A stretch of 53,746 nucleotides of DNA from an uncultured Candidatus Saccharibacteria bacterium (GCA_964466905.1 CAYXOF010000001.1:1-53746), one strand, 5' to 3'; positions 36,580 to 45,391 are shown, counted from the first letter of the stretch. Numbers and translations are program-made. Notes: generated by a model not told the origin, from the letters alone.

Positions 36580-37779
36580 CTATTCGCTCTGTTTCTGTTG
36601 CATGATGTGGAAAAGCTGGGCAGTGGCAAGTTCGATACCACCTACTGACTGAGTGGTGGTTGAGGTGCGTGTTAAGTGGGAGGTGAGTAGTTCTACGGTT
36701 GGCTGATTATGGGTGGCTTTCTTGACTGATCGTTTTATACTCGGTTCAAGGAGTGGTGCGTATTTGGCTTCGCAGTTGAGTAATAAGGTTGAAGGTAGAA
36801 TCAGTCCGTCTCCAGTTTCGAGAAAAAGTTCACTGAGCGTCTGTTCATACGTTGAGAGTGTCGCTTTCACCATTGCTTGTTTTTGTTCGCCCGCACGTGT
36901 CATAAAATCGAGTGGTTCTGGTGATCCAAAGTAGCCGAAAATTTCTCCTGCCGGGATGTTTGTTTGCTCAGAAAGTTGGCGCACGAGTGTGTAGAGTCCA
37001 ACCGGTGTGTGGGTGGTGTACGCAAGAATACCGTCACGAATGACTCCAATTTCGGTTGCTTCGTACCCCACTGATACAATCGCAGCGTGGGATGTGGTCG
37101 GTCGCATGGTGCGGAGTGTCTCATATAGGGCCAACATCGATGTCGTGATAAGTAGCTCAGCCGCGGGGAGAGTTTTTTGTTGGATGTCAGTGACGGCTTC
37201 AATAAGATAGGAGTGTGCAATAGCGCTCAGTTGGGTTAAGGTAATCGTGTTTGCAATCTGATCTTCGGGCTCGCGCACAACGTAGCCGTTGCAGGTTACT
37301 TCAGCAATCATGCGGTGAGTAATTGAGAGACCAAGCTCTGCAATAGCGGTTTGCGCTTTTAGATCAGTATCAACTTTTTGATCCGCTTGCTCGGTCAGGT
37401 CGCGGATGAGCTCAGCTGACACACGGATGGGAGTCGGTTGTGTGTAGGTAATGGTCTGAGGGATTGTGTACGACCAAGGAGCTGCCACGGTGACCTGAAC
37501 AGATTCGATTTTGGCCCGTGGATATTTCGCATGTAGCGCGTGCAGCGCCTGAGTGTTGATGGCCAGAGACGCATTCATGAGCGACGTGATCATCGCCTTC
37601 GTGATTTGTTCAGGGGTCGCACGTGGGTGGAGTGGCTGATGTTCTCGACTTGACCAGATGATTTCAGGTGTGGATGCGTCGTGGTGGCTCGCTACCACCG
37701 ATGCGAGCGTGCTCCCAGATCCGATATCTATCAACAAACCAAATTCACTTTTTTGTTTTGATAGTAAAGAGCGAAACAT
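36580..37779 (-). CDS. Divergent actin-fold (ASKHA; FtsA/PilM-like) ATPase
   Basis: Phosphate-1 LLIDIGSGSTLASVV and phosphate-2 IVSVGYEATEIGVIRDG. About 400 aa. No closer family recognised. Confidence 0.6.
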   Translation of the reverse strand: MFRSLLSKQKSEFGLLIDIGSGSTLASVVASHHDASTPEIIWSSREHQPLHPRATPEQITKAMITSLMNASLAINTQALHALHAKYPRAKIESVQVTVAAPWSYTIPQTITYTQPTPIRVSAELIRDLTEQADQKVDTDLKAQTAIAELGLSITHRMIAEVTCNGYVVREPEDQIANTITLTQLSAIAHSYLIEAVTDIQQKTLPAAELLITTSMLALYETLRTMRPTTSHAAIVSVGYEATEIGVIRDGILAYTTHTPVGLYTLVRQLSEQTNIPAGEIFGYFGSPEPLDFMTRAGEQKQAMVKATLSTYEQTLSELFLETGDGLILPSTLLLNCEAKYAPLLEPSIKRSVKKATHNQPTVELLTSHLTRTSTTTQSVGGIELATAQLFHIMQQKQSE

Positions 37780-37795
37780 ACGTATCTAGTATACC

Positions 37796-37826
37796 AAGCA
37801 GGCGACCACAAAGTGGTCGCCTGCTT
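37796..37826 (-). terminator. 14-bp perfect stem-loop after alaS, abutting the next gene's extended -10
   Basis: AAGCAGGCGACCAC-AAA-GTGGTCGCCTGCTT, followed on the minus strand by GGTATACT. Confidence 0.55.
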
Positions 37827-37850
37827 GCGTGTTCCCGTGGATAGAATAGT

Positions 37851-39797
37851 TTATTCTAAAATCGCTTTGATTCTTCGAATACCCGCCGCAGAAGATTCTT
37901 CCTTAGTAATTTTGAACGTGCCCTGAATATTCTCTAGTCGGGTGACATGTGGTCCTCCACAAAGTTCACGAGATACAACCATGCCATCATTGGTTGTCAT
38001 GGTGTACACCTTGACCTCATCGGGGTAGCGATCCCAAAATGACGCTTCAATCGTGTGGTCTTGTTCTGCGTCGGCCTTTTTCATCATTACTATGTGTACC
38101 TCTCCACCTTTTCTGATTGCCTCATTGACGTATGCTTCAACTGCAGCCAGCTGATCTGGTGTTATTTTATCTGGGTGGGTTATGTCATAGCGCAGACGCT
38201 CCCCTGTGATATTGCTTCCAGCTTGGTGGACATGAGAGCCGAGAATCTTTCTCAGGCCAGCGAGCATGAGGTGGGTGCAGGTGTGATATGCAACCACTCG
38301 TTCTGAACTGTCGGCCAATCCTCCTTTGAATTGTTGTTCTGATCCAGCTCGACTTTTATCACGATGTTCATCCATTAACGAATTGAACCCAGCTCGCTCA
38401 ACCACCAGACCTTTTTCAGCTGCGATTTCTTCAGTCAATTCAATTGGAAAACCATAAGTAGTGTATAGGTCAAACGCATTTTGTGCGCTGATGGCTTTGA
38501 CTGCGGTCGGAGGAATAGTCTTATCCACGATTGTTTTCCCATCAACTTCCTTACTTTGCACGTGGATTTGCAGCGATATTTTATTAAATTGTCTGAGTCC
38601 GGCTTCAAGTGTTTTGCGAAACTGTTCTTCTTCGCGGGTGATAGCGAGTAGAATCTGATCTCGCTCTGTTACTAGGTTTGGGTAGTGGTTAGCGTACGTA
38701 TCAATCACGGCAGTTGCGAGTTCCGCAAATCGGCCAGCAGGGATACCAATGGTGTCGGCGTATCGTACTGCCCGTCGGAGTAAGCGACGAACGAAGTAAC
38801 CTTGTTGCTCATTACTTGGTAACACCCCATCACCGATCATAAAGACAGCCCCGCGAATGTGGTCGGTGATGACTCGAAACGCGACGAGGTGGTCTAAATA
38901 TTTTTTACCGGACAGTGTTTCAATATGGGCAACGACGGTCGCGAGTAAGTCAACTCGAAAGACGTCCGGATCTCCCACTTTAGCCGCTGCGATCCGTTCC
39001 AGTCCCCCACCAAAGTCAACGTTACGTTGTGGTAATTTGGTGAAGCTACCATTTACTTGCTTGATATATTCAATAAACACAGAGTTACCGATCTCTAAAA
39101 ACTGACCCGAGTCACTATTTGGATGTGGAAGTAGTTGACCGTAAGTGGGGTGGGTCGCGTGTTCGGAACCAAAATCGTAGAATACTTCACTATCTGGCCC
39201 ACCGATTTCACCAACCGGCATCTTTTCTGGGGTACCAGACCGACTCCACCAATTCTTGGTGGCATCATAATAAAAGATCCGCCCGCCTTGCATACCGATC
39301 TCGTAGCCGGCCTCTTCTGAACCAATAAAGACATCTTTCGCGTCAATTCCGCGCTCAGCAAAGAGGGTTTTCCAGATGTGTACTGACTCTTCATCACGTG
39401 GAATGCCAAGGGTTTCGTCACCCGCAAATACTGTGACATAAATGCGCTGCGGGTCTAGACCAACCTCATCTACAAGGTATGTAAAAAAGTAACGCAACTG
39501 CTCCTCTTTGAAGTAGTCCCCTAAAGACCAGTTTCCCAGCATTTCGAAAAAGGTGGTGTGGCGATTGTCACCTACTTCCTCTATGTCATTCGCTCGGAAA
39601 CATTTTTGTGAGTCGGCCAACCGGGTTCCCATCGGGTGCGGTTCGCCCAAGAGGTATGGAATAAGGGGTTGCATACCGCTTCCGGTGAAAAGCGTGGTCG
39701 GATCATTTTCCGGCACAAGGGCTGCCGACGGAATGATGGCATGACCACGCTCTGCCATAAACGCTAGAAATTTGCTCCGAACCTCATTTCCGCTCAT
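37851..39797 (-). CDS. alaS: Alanine--tRNA ligase, short form (about 648 aa; ends after the editing domain, no C-Ala domain)
   Basis: MSGNEVRSKFLAFMAERGHAIIPSAALVPENDPTTLFTGSGMQP, editing-domain motifs HTCTHLM...H and CGGPHV. Confidence 0.9.
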   Translation of the reverse strand: MSGNEVRSKFLAFMAERGHAIIPSAALVPENDPTTLFTGSGMQPLIPYLLGEPHPMGTRLADSQKCFRANDIEEVGDNRHTTFFEMLGNWSLGDYFKEEQLRYFFTYLVDEVGLDPQRIYVTVFAGDETLGIPRDEESVHIWKTLFAERGIDAKDVFIGSEEAGYEIGMQGGRIFYYDATKNWWSRSGTPEKMPVGEIGGPDSEVFYDFGSEHATHPTYGQLLPHPNSDSGQFLEIGNSVFIEYIKQVNGSFTKLPQRNVDFGGGLERIAAAKVGDPDVFRVDLLATVVAHIETLSGKKYLDHLVAFRVITDHIRGAVFMIGDGVLPSNEQQGYFVRRLLRRAVRYADTIGIPAGRFAELATAVIDTYANHYPNLVTERDQILLAITREEEQFRKTLEAGLRQFNKISLQIHVQSKEVDGKTIVDKTIPPTAVKAISAQNAFDLYTTYGFPIELTEEIAAEKGLVVERAGFNSLMDEHRDKSRAGSEQQFKGGLADSSERVVAYHTCTHLMLAGLRKILGSHVHQAGSNITGERLRYDITHPDKITPDQLAAVEAYVNEAIRKGGEVHIVMMKKADAEQDHTIEASFWDRYPDEVKVYTMTTNDGMVVSRELCGGPHVTRLENIQGTFKITKEESSAAGIRRIKAILE

Positions 39798-39852
39798 CAT
39801 ACACATGTGTTTAGATGCTACTAATGTAGTGGCACTATACCAGAATTTTGGA

Positions 39853-40128
39853 TTATGGCGAGATTGAATTGATCACGGTAGCTGCACAGTCATCGCCACT
39901 ACAGTGGAAGAGTGCCGTCGGTGAATAAAAGTATACCTCCATGAGGTACCCCGTTACAATGAGGACTAACCCGATGAAGGTCAAAAACCGTTCCTGGTGG
40001 TAGGTTAAAATAACCTTTTTATCGATTCGATGTTCCTTTATGAGTGAGTGATGCATATGAAGAACAGCCAACACAACAAGCACTTTACCAAAAACACCGA
40101 GGGTGATTCCCCAAAACAGAATATTCAT
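39853..40128 (-). CDS. Small membrane protein (91 aa, 2-3 TM)
   Basis: Hydrophobicity only. A CATACT hexamer lies 7 nt upstream of the ATG. Confidence 0.5.
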   Translation of the reverse strand: MNILFWGITLGVFGKVLVVLAVLHMHHSLIKEHRIDKKVILTYHQERFLTFIGLVLIVTGYLMEVYFYSPTALFHCSGDDCAATVINSISP

Positions 40129-40133
40129 ATGAA

Positions 40134-41423
40134 CTAGTATGCCATAGTTTTATGGAATGCTTGGATAGCCTTTTGCACAGGTACAACTGGTCCGGCTCCG
40201 CTCACGGTGATGGCGCTCGGGATAAGATATGTACGAAGTGCCTGGTTGACCTCTTCGCGGGTGAGGGTGCTGATACGCTCCTTACGCTCTTTGATTTCAG
40301 CGACCGTGAAGCCCTCTTTATGGTAGCTATGGAGCGATCGTAATTGCGCCCCAATTGAATCCTGTTCGAGTACTTGGCCAGTCATCAGAATGCGCTTAAA
40401 GCGCTTTAATTCTTCCTCAGTGATGCCGTGTGTGTGTATAGTAGTAATTTCTCGAAAGGTGCTGGTGAGTCCCTGTACTGCTTTATCGGGGGCGAAAAAA
40501 GTCATGATCCGCCACATGCCAAATTCTGGACCATTAAATTGTTCGAGAGTAGCATAGATACCGTAGGTCAGACCCTCTTTTTCTCGCACGGTACTCATGA
40601 GTCTCCCGGTGAAGCCACCCCATTTTCCAAGGACGGCGAGACCAAACATGAAAGGAATATACTGGGGGTGGTGAAGGGAGATGGGTACGGGGGCACCAAT
40701 GCTAAAATCGATATTCTGACGGCTTGGAATATTGATGAGGAGTGACTGTGGGGCTTGATTACGTTGTGTATGTACGCCGGTTTTAGATTGTATTACATGA
40801 GATTTGCGGAGTGCATCACACCAACGCTTCGTGTCCGTAATGGTCTTTGTATCACTGGCAATTGAAACGGTGAAATATGAGGAGAGTATGCGGTTGAGCA
40901 CCCGTTCAAGGTCTTTTTTTGTTACCTGTGAGACGGCTTTGATAGTATCTTCAATACTATAGGTATATCGACGATCGGCCGTATCGTAATAGTGATTAAT
41001 GAGAGCCGAGTGCGCGCGGCTGCGACTATCTTCTTTGGCTTCATAGAGTTGATTGATGATGGTTTTTTTGGCGCGTGCGAGTTCAGTAGCGTTAAAGGTT
41101 GCGCTTGTCAGAATGGTAGTGAGTAGTGAGCGTAATTTAGGAATGACAGAAGTAAGACCTTTGATCGATACCGTCAATGAGCCACCTGAGAGCGTGATTG
41201 AGAGCGAACCACCAGTGTCATTGATAGCGCCAAATATGTCAGCCCGACTGAGTGACCCAGCTCCGGATAGGAGCATATCAGCAAGTAAGAGCTCGGTGGC
41301 TTGGTAGCGCAGTGAGTTTTCAGTGTGGATATCTGCTGAAAGATACATCGTTGTGGTTGGCAAAGCATCAGCTGATAGCTCAGCCAAGGAAAATGTTTCG
41401 AACGGTGTAATAGTAGGTTGCAT
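40134..41423 (-). CDS. M16 (pitrilysin/insulinase) family protein, non-catalytic partner (no HxxEH)
   Basis: Size and position immediately after the active M16 subunit. C-terminal-domain-like sequence. No zinc-binding motif. Confidence 0.65.
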   Translation of the reverse strand: MQPTITPFETFSLAELSADALPTTTMYLSADIHTENSLRYQATELLLADMLLSGAGSLSRADIFGAINDTGGSLSITLSGGSLTVSIKGLTSVIPKLRSLLTTILTSATFNATELARAKKTIINQLYEAKEDSRSRAHSALINHYYDTADRRYTYSIEDTIKAVSQVTKKDLERVLNRILSSYFTVSIASDTKTITDTKRWCDALRKSHVIQSKTGVHTQRNQAPQSLLINIPSRQNIDFSIGAPVPISLHHPQYIPFMFGLAVLGKWGGFTGRLMSTVREKEGLTYGIYATLEQFNGPEFGMWRIMTFFAPDKAVQGLTSTFREITTIHTHGITEEELKRFKRILMTGQVLEQDSIGAQLRSLHSYHKEGFTVAEIKERKERISTLTREEVNQALRTYLIPSAITVSGAGPVVPVQKAIQAFHKTMAY

Positions 41424-41426
41424 ACG

Positions 41427-42755
41427 TTATGAATGACTGGATGTGCCAATAATGTAGCCCATAGTCTGAACCGATTCATCGAGCAGAGTAGTGCGGCTAT
41501 GGAGAATGTCTTTCATGGTAATTGAGCGCAGGATAGTCGGTGTCTCATGGTAGACATTGATCGCGTCAGCGGCTGCGTACTCGGTGAGTTCTCGCGCAAT
41601 ACCAAGTGAACTCGATCGACTAAAGTACTCGCTTGTGAGCAACTGTTGAATGACTTGTTTGAGACGTTTTTTGAGGTCAGCGGTAGTTATGTTAGCAAAG
41701 GCTTCTCTCACATCGTGTTCTAGATTCGAATGGGTTTCCCCTGGTGCCAGGGTGAAGGTAAGCATGCCAAGATTCGTGTCGACGGTCGGTTCTTGTGACC
41801 ACTCGATACTCGCACATCGGCCGGTATCAACAAATTTTTTTTGAAACGGACTGTCCGGACCACTCACAAGGCAATCAAAGAGCACTTTTGTGACAAACCA
41901 ATCACGAGTCGGAAAACCGGCGTGCTTGAAGCCAAAAGCCACCGCATTGGTCGTCGTTGGTCGACTGATAGTGACTCGACGAATTCCTTCTTGGACCGGT
42001 TCTTTAGGGTAGTTACGAGGAATGGCGGTTGGTGGATTTTTGATCGCACTGAAATGGGCGGCAACGGTGCGGAGTGCGCGTGTACGTTCTAAGTCACCAA
42101 TCACCATCATGACAGCATTATGCGGAGTATAGTAACGTCGGTAGAAGCGATCGAGTGCTTCGGCGGTATAGCGCTCGATATCTTCTCGGTAACCAATGGT
42201 TTCGTGCCCGTACGGATGGGAGAAGAACGCGGTACTCACCATGCACACCGAGAGCGCGAAGAATGGGTCACCGTGGTACATATCAAATTCACTGAGTACA
42301 TTACCCTGCTCAGGCTCGAGTACCGCCGGGGTAAGAATGGTCCCTGTCATCCGCTCGGCTTCAATCCGCACTGCGGTGTCAAAGTTTTCGACTGGGTAAT
42401 TGAAAAAGTATGTTGTGCGGTCTTTCCAAGTGTTTGCATTGAGGATGCACCCACTATCTCGCTCAAATTGCATAGCGCTACCAGCAGTAACATTCGCTGC
42501 GATATCATAGGTGGTTGGTTTAAAGAGCATATGCTCGAGCATATGCGCGATGCCGGTCTCACCACGGGCTTCATCTCGAGCTCCAACGCGATAGGTGATG
42601 TTGGTGGTCGCGGTACCGGTGTTTGGCCGGTATTGATAGATCACTCGTAAGTTATTGCTCTTAAGTTGGTACTCTTCGATTTCACCGTAACAACCGATAA
42701 ATCGGTATTCACGCGGGACGCCCTTAGGTGGTTTTTGAGATACTGGTTTCGACAT
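41427..42755 (-). CDS. M16 family zinc peptidase, catalytic subunit
   Basis: GIAHMLEHMLFK (inverted zincin motif HxxEH) and a downstream E in the ...NANTWKDRTTY region. Confidence 0.85.
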   Translation of the reverse strand: MSKPVSQKPPKGVPREYRFIGCYGEIEEYQLKSNNLRVIYQYRPNTGTATTNITYRVGARDEARGETGIAHMLEHMLFKPTTYDIAANVTAGSAMQFERDSGCILNANTWKDRTTYFFNYPVENFDTAVRIEAERMTGTILTPAVLEPEQGNVLSEFDMYHGDPFFALSVCMVSTAFFSHPYGHETIGYREDIERYTAEALDRFYRRYYTPHNAVMMVIGDLERTRALRTVAAHFSAIKNPPTAIPRNYPKEPVQEGIRRVTISRPTTTNAVAFGFKHAGFPTRDWFVTKVLFDCLVSGPDSPFQKKFVDTGRCASIEWSQEPTVDTNLGMLTFTLAPGETHSNLEHDVREAFANITTADLKKRLKQVIQQLLTSEYFSRSSSLGIARELTEYAAADAINVYHETPTILRSITMKDILHSRTTLLDESVQTMGYIIGTSSHS

Positions 42756-43320
42756 CGATAAGAAAGTTTTTATATTCGGTAAATACGTGATTGAACTCGT
42801 GTACTATATCACTTTTCAAGCGAGCGTTGATTACGTTTGACATATCCTGGTAGACTTCTGCCCGATCAGCCAGGTTTTTGCCAAAATCTTGGAGAAATCG
42901 CACATGATCATCGTAGTATTCTTCAACCGTCGTGCGGAAGTTGTGGATTTTATCCGCCGCAGCAATGAGAATCGCGTCGTCACTTCCCTTCTTGAGTTGT
43001 TGGGCGTAGGTCTTTTTACGTTCTTTCCAGGTGAGTTTAGTACCGTCTTTATCTTTTGGCTCAGTGAGTGTGAGCACGAGCTCAGCGACTGGGTAGCCGA
43101 AGTCGTCACGGAGTTCTTCAAACGTGTAGTCAGTATCTTCCAGTGTGTCGTGCAACAGGGCGGCGATGATCACCTCTTCATTATCGGTGTAATCAAGTAA
43201 GATCAGACTCACTGCCATCAGGTGTGTGATGTATGGCAATGGAATCGAGCCTTTGCGCAGTTGATCCTGGTGGAGGATACTGGCGGCACGAATGGCTTGC
43301 TCAATGCGGAAGGAGTACAT
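42724..43320 (-). CDS. Stand-alone RelA/SpoT-type HD hydrolase (small alarmone hydrolase-like)
   Basis: HQDQLRKGSIPLPYITHLMAVSLIL...AALLHDTLEDT...FGYPVAELVLTLTE matches the (p)ppGpp hydrolase HD domain. Confidence 0.8.
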   Translation of the reverse strand: MYSFRIEQAIRAASILHQDQLRKGSIPLPYITHLMAVSLILLDYTDNEEVIIAALLHDTLEDTDYTFEELRDDFGYPVAELVLTLTEPKDKDGTKLTWKERKKTYAQQLKKGSDDAILIAAADKIHNFRTTVEEYYDDHVRFLQDFGKNLADRAEVYQDMSNVINARLKSDIVHEFNHVFTEYKNFLIDVETSISKTT

Positions 43321-43325
43321 GTGTT

Positions 43326-43595
43326 TTACTTATCTTGCGCAGCTTGTCTACGGCGTTCGTCATCTTCTCGCTGTCGAAGTCGCTTAAGCTCTTGCTCGTG
43401 AGTATCAATATCTCGTTCAAGATCTTGACGCCGATGTTCGAGTGACTCAATGGCCCGCTGACTCTCGTGTCGTAATTTGTCCATCGCTGCGTCAGCGTTT
43501 CGTCTGGTATTACTAATTTCCGTATTTAATTGTTGTTGCTCAGATCGGAGTCGTTGAAGTTTTTCCTCCTCACGCTTAATGTCTGGTTCGAACAT
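43326..43595 (-). CDS. Small coiled-coil protein (89 aa)
   Basis: Charged heptad-like sequence EEEKLQRLRSEQQQLNTEISN...ELKRLRQREDDERRRQ. I chose the start at ATG 43595 to avoid overlapping the MGMT-like gene. Confidence 0.5.
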   Translation of the reverse strand: MFEPDIKREEEKLQRLRSEQQQLNTEISNTRRNADAAMDKLRHESQRAIESLEHRRQDLERDIDTHEQELKRLRQREDDERRRQAAQDK

Positions 43596-43600
43596 ATGTC

Positions 43601-43858
43601 TTATAGTGTAACACCCTCGGCCACTAAACGTCGATACTTTTCCGCTTCCCCGCCCCGGTTGTACCCACCTGCTGTACCATCGCTGCGGATGACGCGGTGA
43701 CAAGGAATGGTGGGGTCGAAGTTACGAGCCATCAAGTTGGCGACCGCACGGGCGGCGTTGGGGTACCCTGCTTGCGCTGCAACGCCCTGATATGAAAGTA
43801 CGGTACCAGCTGGTATCTGCTTCACAACTGCTATCACGGCCGTTTGGAAGGGTGTCAT
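43601..43858 (-). CDS. MGMT-family DNA-binding/alkyltransferase domain protein (85 aa, C-terminal domain only)
   Basis: VLSYQGVAAQAGYPNAARAVANLMARN...IPCHRVIRSDGTAGGY contains the PCHRV active-site motif. AAGGA Shine-Dalgarno-like sequence 6 nt upstream. Confidence 0.85.
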   Translation of the reverse strand: MTPFQTAVIAVVKQIPAGTVLSYQGVAAQAGYPNAARAVANLMARNFDPTIPCHRVIRSDGTAGGYNRGGEAEKYRRLVAEGVTL

Positions 43859-43867
43859 GATTATTCC

Positions 43868-44665
43868 TTAATCCTTTTGCGTTGCTTTTGTTTGTTGGTG
43901 TATGGTCAACAATCGTCTACCGACGGCCTCCCGATATGGACAAAATTCACAGTTGGGTCCAGTTGAAGGGATTGTTTGGCTTTCAAGGCAGGTTTTGATC
44001 GCACCAAGAGTGGGTTCAATCCAATCCGATTCAGTGTTAACGGGGACTAATGTGGTCTCAAATAGTAGTGTGTCAGAGAAGGTGTCTGCGGTTTTGTCGG
44101 CGTTGGCGTATACCAAGTAGCCGGTTGGTGCCACCGTAAAACCGTTTTGTTCCAGGAGCCAACGGTAGACGCCGAGCTGACGGGTATATTGCTGCTCCCA
44201 GGGACTATCACCCAGTGTTTCGATGCGACCGTCTTTGGCGGTCGCTTTATAGTCAACGATAATTAATTCTTGTGTCGGAGTGATCCAGATATCGTCTACC
44301 CCACCACTGACAAGCAGTCCCGTTTCAGAGTGGGTGTGCGTGATTCCGACAAATGGATCCCGCCAGGTATCAAGGTCAGGATGGTAAAACGGAATAGCGT
44401 CTATCTTGTACTCAAGCATTAATGGATGTGGCGCTTTTGTTTCTCGGTAGTGGTCAAATTCACGTTTAAAGAGTTCGTCAACTGCGATATTGAGATTAAA
44501 TGACGGGAAGCCAGGACGCTTGATGCCGAGTACATTGTCTACGTAGAAGCATCGTGGACACTCTAGAAAGGCATCTATTTTTGAACGTGATAGCTTCCAT
44601 TTACTTCCCCGGTAATTCCAGTCACTATGGCGGTTTGGGTTATATCGCTTAACGTATTCAGACAT
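43868..44665 (-). CDS. PD-(D/E)XK nuclease family protein (Cas4/RecB-like) with CxxC...CxxC cysteines
   Basis: ECPRCFYVD near the N-terminus, GGVDDIW...IIVDYKA (D...D-x-K), QLGVYRWLL, C-terminal CEFCPY. ATG 44665 is preferred because TATACT lies 9 nt upstream; the alternative start is 44686. Confidence 0.75.
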   Translation of the reverse strand: MSEYVKRYNPNRHSDWNYRGSKWKLSRSKIDAFLECPRCFYVDNVLGIKRPGFPSFNLNIAVDELFKREFDHYRETKAPHPLMLEYKIDAIPFYHPDLDTWRDPFVGITHTHSETGLLVSGGVDDIWITPTQELIIVDYKATAKDGRIETLGDSPWEQQYTRQLGVYRWLLEQNGFTVAPTGYLVYANADKTADTFSDTLLFETTLVPVNTESDWIEPTLGAIKTCLESQTIPSTGPNCEFCPYREAVGRRLLTIHQQTKATQKD

Positions 44666-44696
44666 ATACAATGTAGTATACAGCATGAGCCAAACA

Positions 44697-44730
44697 AGCC
44701 GAGCCTGGACCGTATGGTCCAGGCTCGGCT
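44697..44730 (-). terminator. 15-bp perfect stem-loop terminator
   Basis: AGCCGAGCCTGGACC-GTAT-GGTCCAGGCTCGGCT, followed on the minus strand by TGTTTGG. Confidence 0.6.
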
Positions 44731-44751
44731 ACTTCTTTATAAACAAGATGG

Positions 44752-45300
44752 TTATTCAGCAGTAAATGTGGCAAAAATGGTGTCAATCTGGACGTCTCCA
44801 GCGAGGTTGAACGAAAAGTCACCATTCTCTGTGAAAATTACCACAGCATACTGGCGACCAGCAATGGTGGGGGTCTGGAGTGGGATAGATGTTGGTACTC
44901 GTCCCTGAGACTCGCTAAAGCGAGTGACGCCAAGGATGGTGCCGAGTTGATCATTCTGATAGTTACGTACCCCAATCCATCCTTCAGCGACTGGGAAGAC
45001 GGCTTCGTCGAGCGCTACTTCTAGAGAAGCTGGCTGGTTCATCACACTGACTGCACCGTCACCAACTGGCAACGTCGGTGTAGTTGGTGCATCCGCTTCG
45101 TCTTCTGGAGTAGGCTCAGTATCTGCTTCAGTATCAGTGTTTGCTTCGTCATCGGCTACTTCAACAGTAGCTGGGCTCATGTCGTCAACGTGGTCAGTGT
45201 GTGGGTCTGAGAATGCCCACACGAGCATACCACCGATAAGTAATCCAACTACAAATGCTACAATAGTCTTTTGTCCGTCTTGCTGAGTTTGTTCTGCCAT
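44752..45300 (-). CDS. Membrane-anchored exported protein with acidic linker (182 aa), unknown function
   Basis: TM helix IVAFVVGLLIGGMLVWAF, a D/E/T-rich linker, and an about 100-aa beta-rich C-terminal domain. Confidence 0.55.
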   Translation of the reverse strand: MAEQTQQDGQKTIVAFVVGLLIGGMLVWAFSDPHTDHVDDMSPATVEVADDEANTDTEADTEPTPEDEADAPTTPTLPVGDGAVSVMNQPASLEVALDEAVFPVAEGWIGVRNYQNDQLGTILGVTRFSESQGRVPTSIPLQTPTIAGRQYAVVIFTENGDFSFNLAGDVQIDTIFATFTAE

Positions 45301-45391
45301 ACGATTGAAATGTAATGCTGTTTAACTAATACGGTAGAGTATATCACGCCTAAATATAGGCGTTTACTTGACAAAAATCATCAAAAGATGG

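Noticed and set aside
43596-43703. Upstream extension of the coiled-coil ORF (125 aa in the track) overlapping the MGMT-like gene
   Set aside because: The extension is out of frame over a well-supported MGMT domain. The internal ATG at 43595 removes the overlap.
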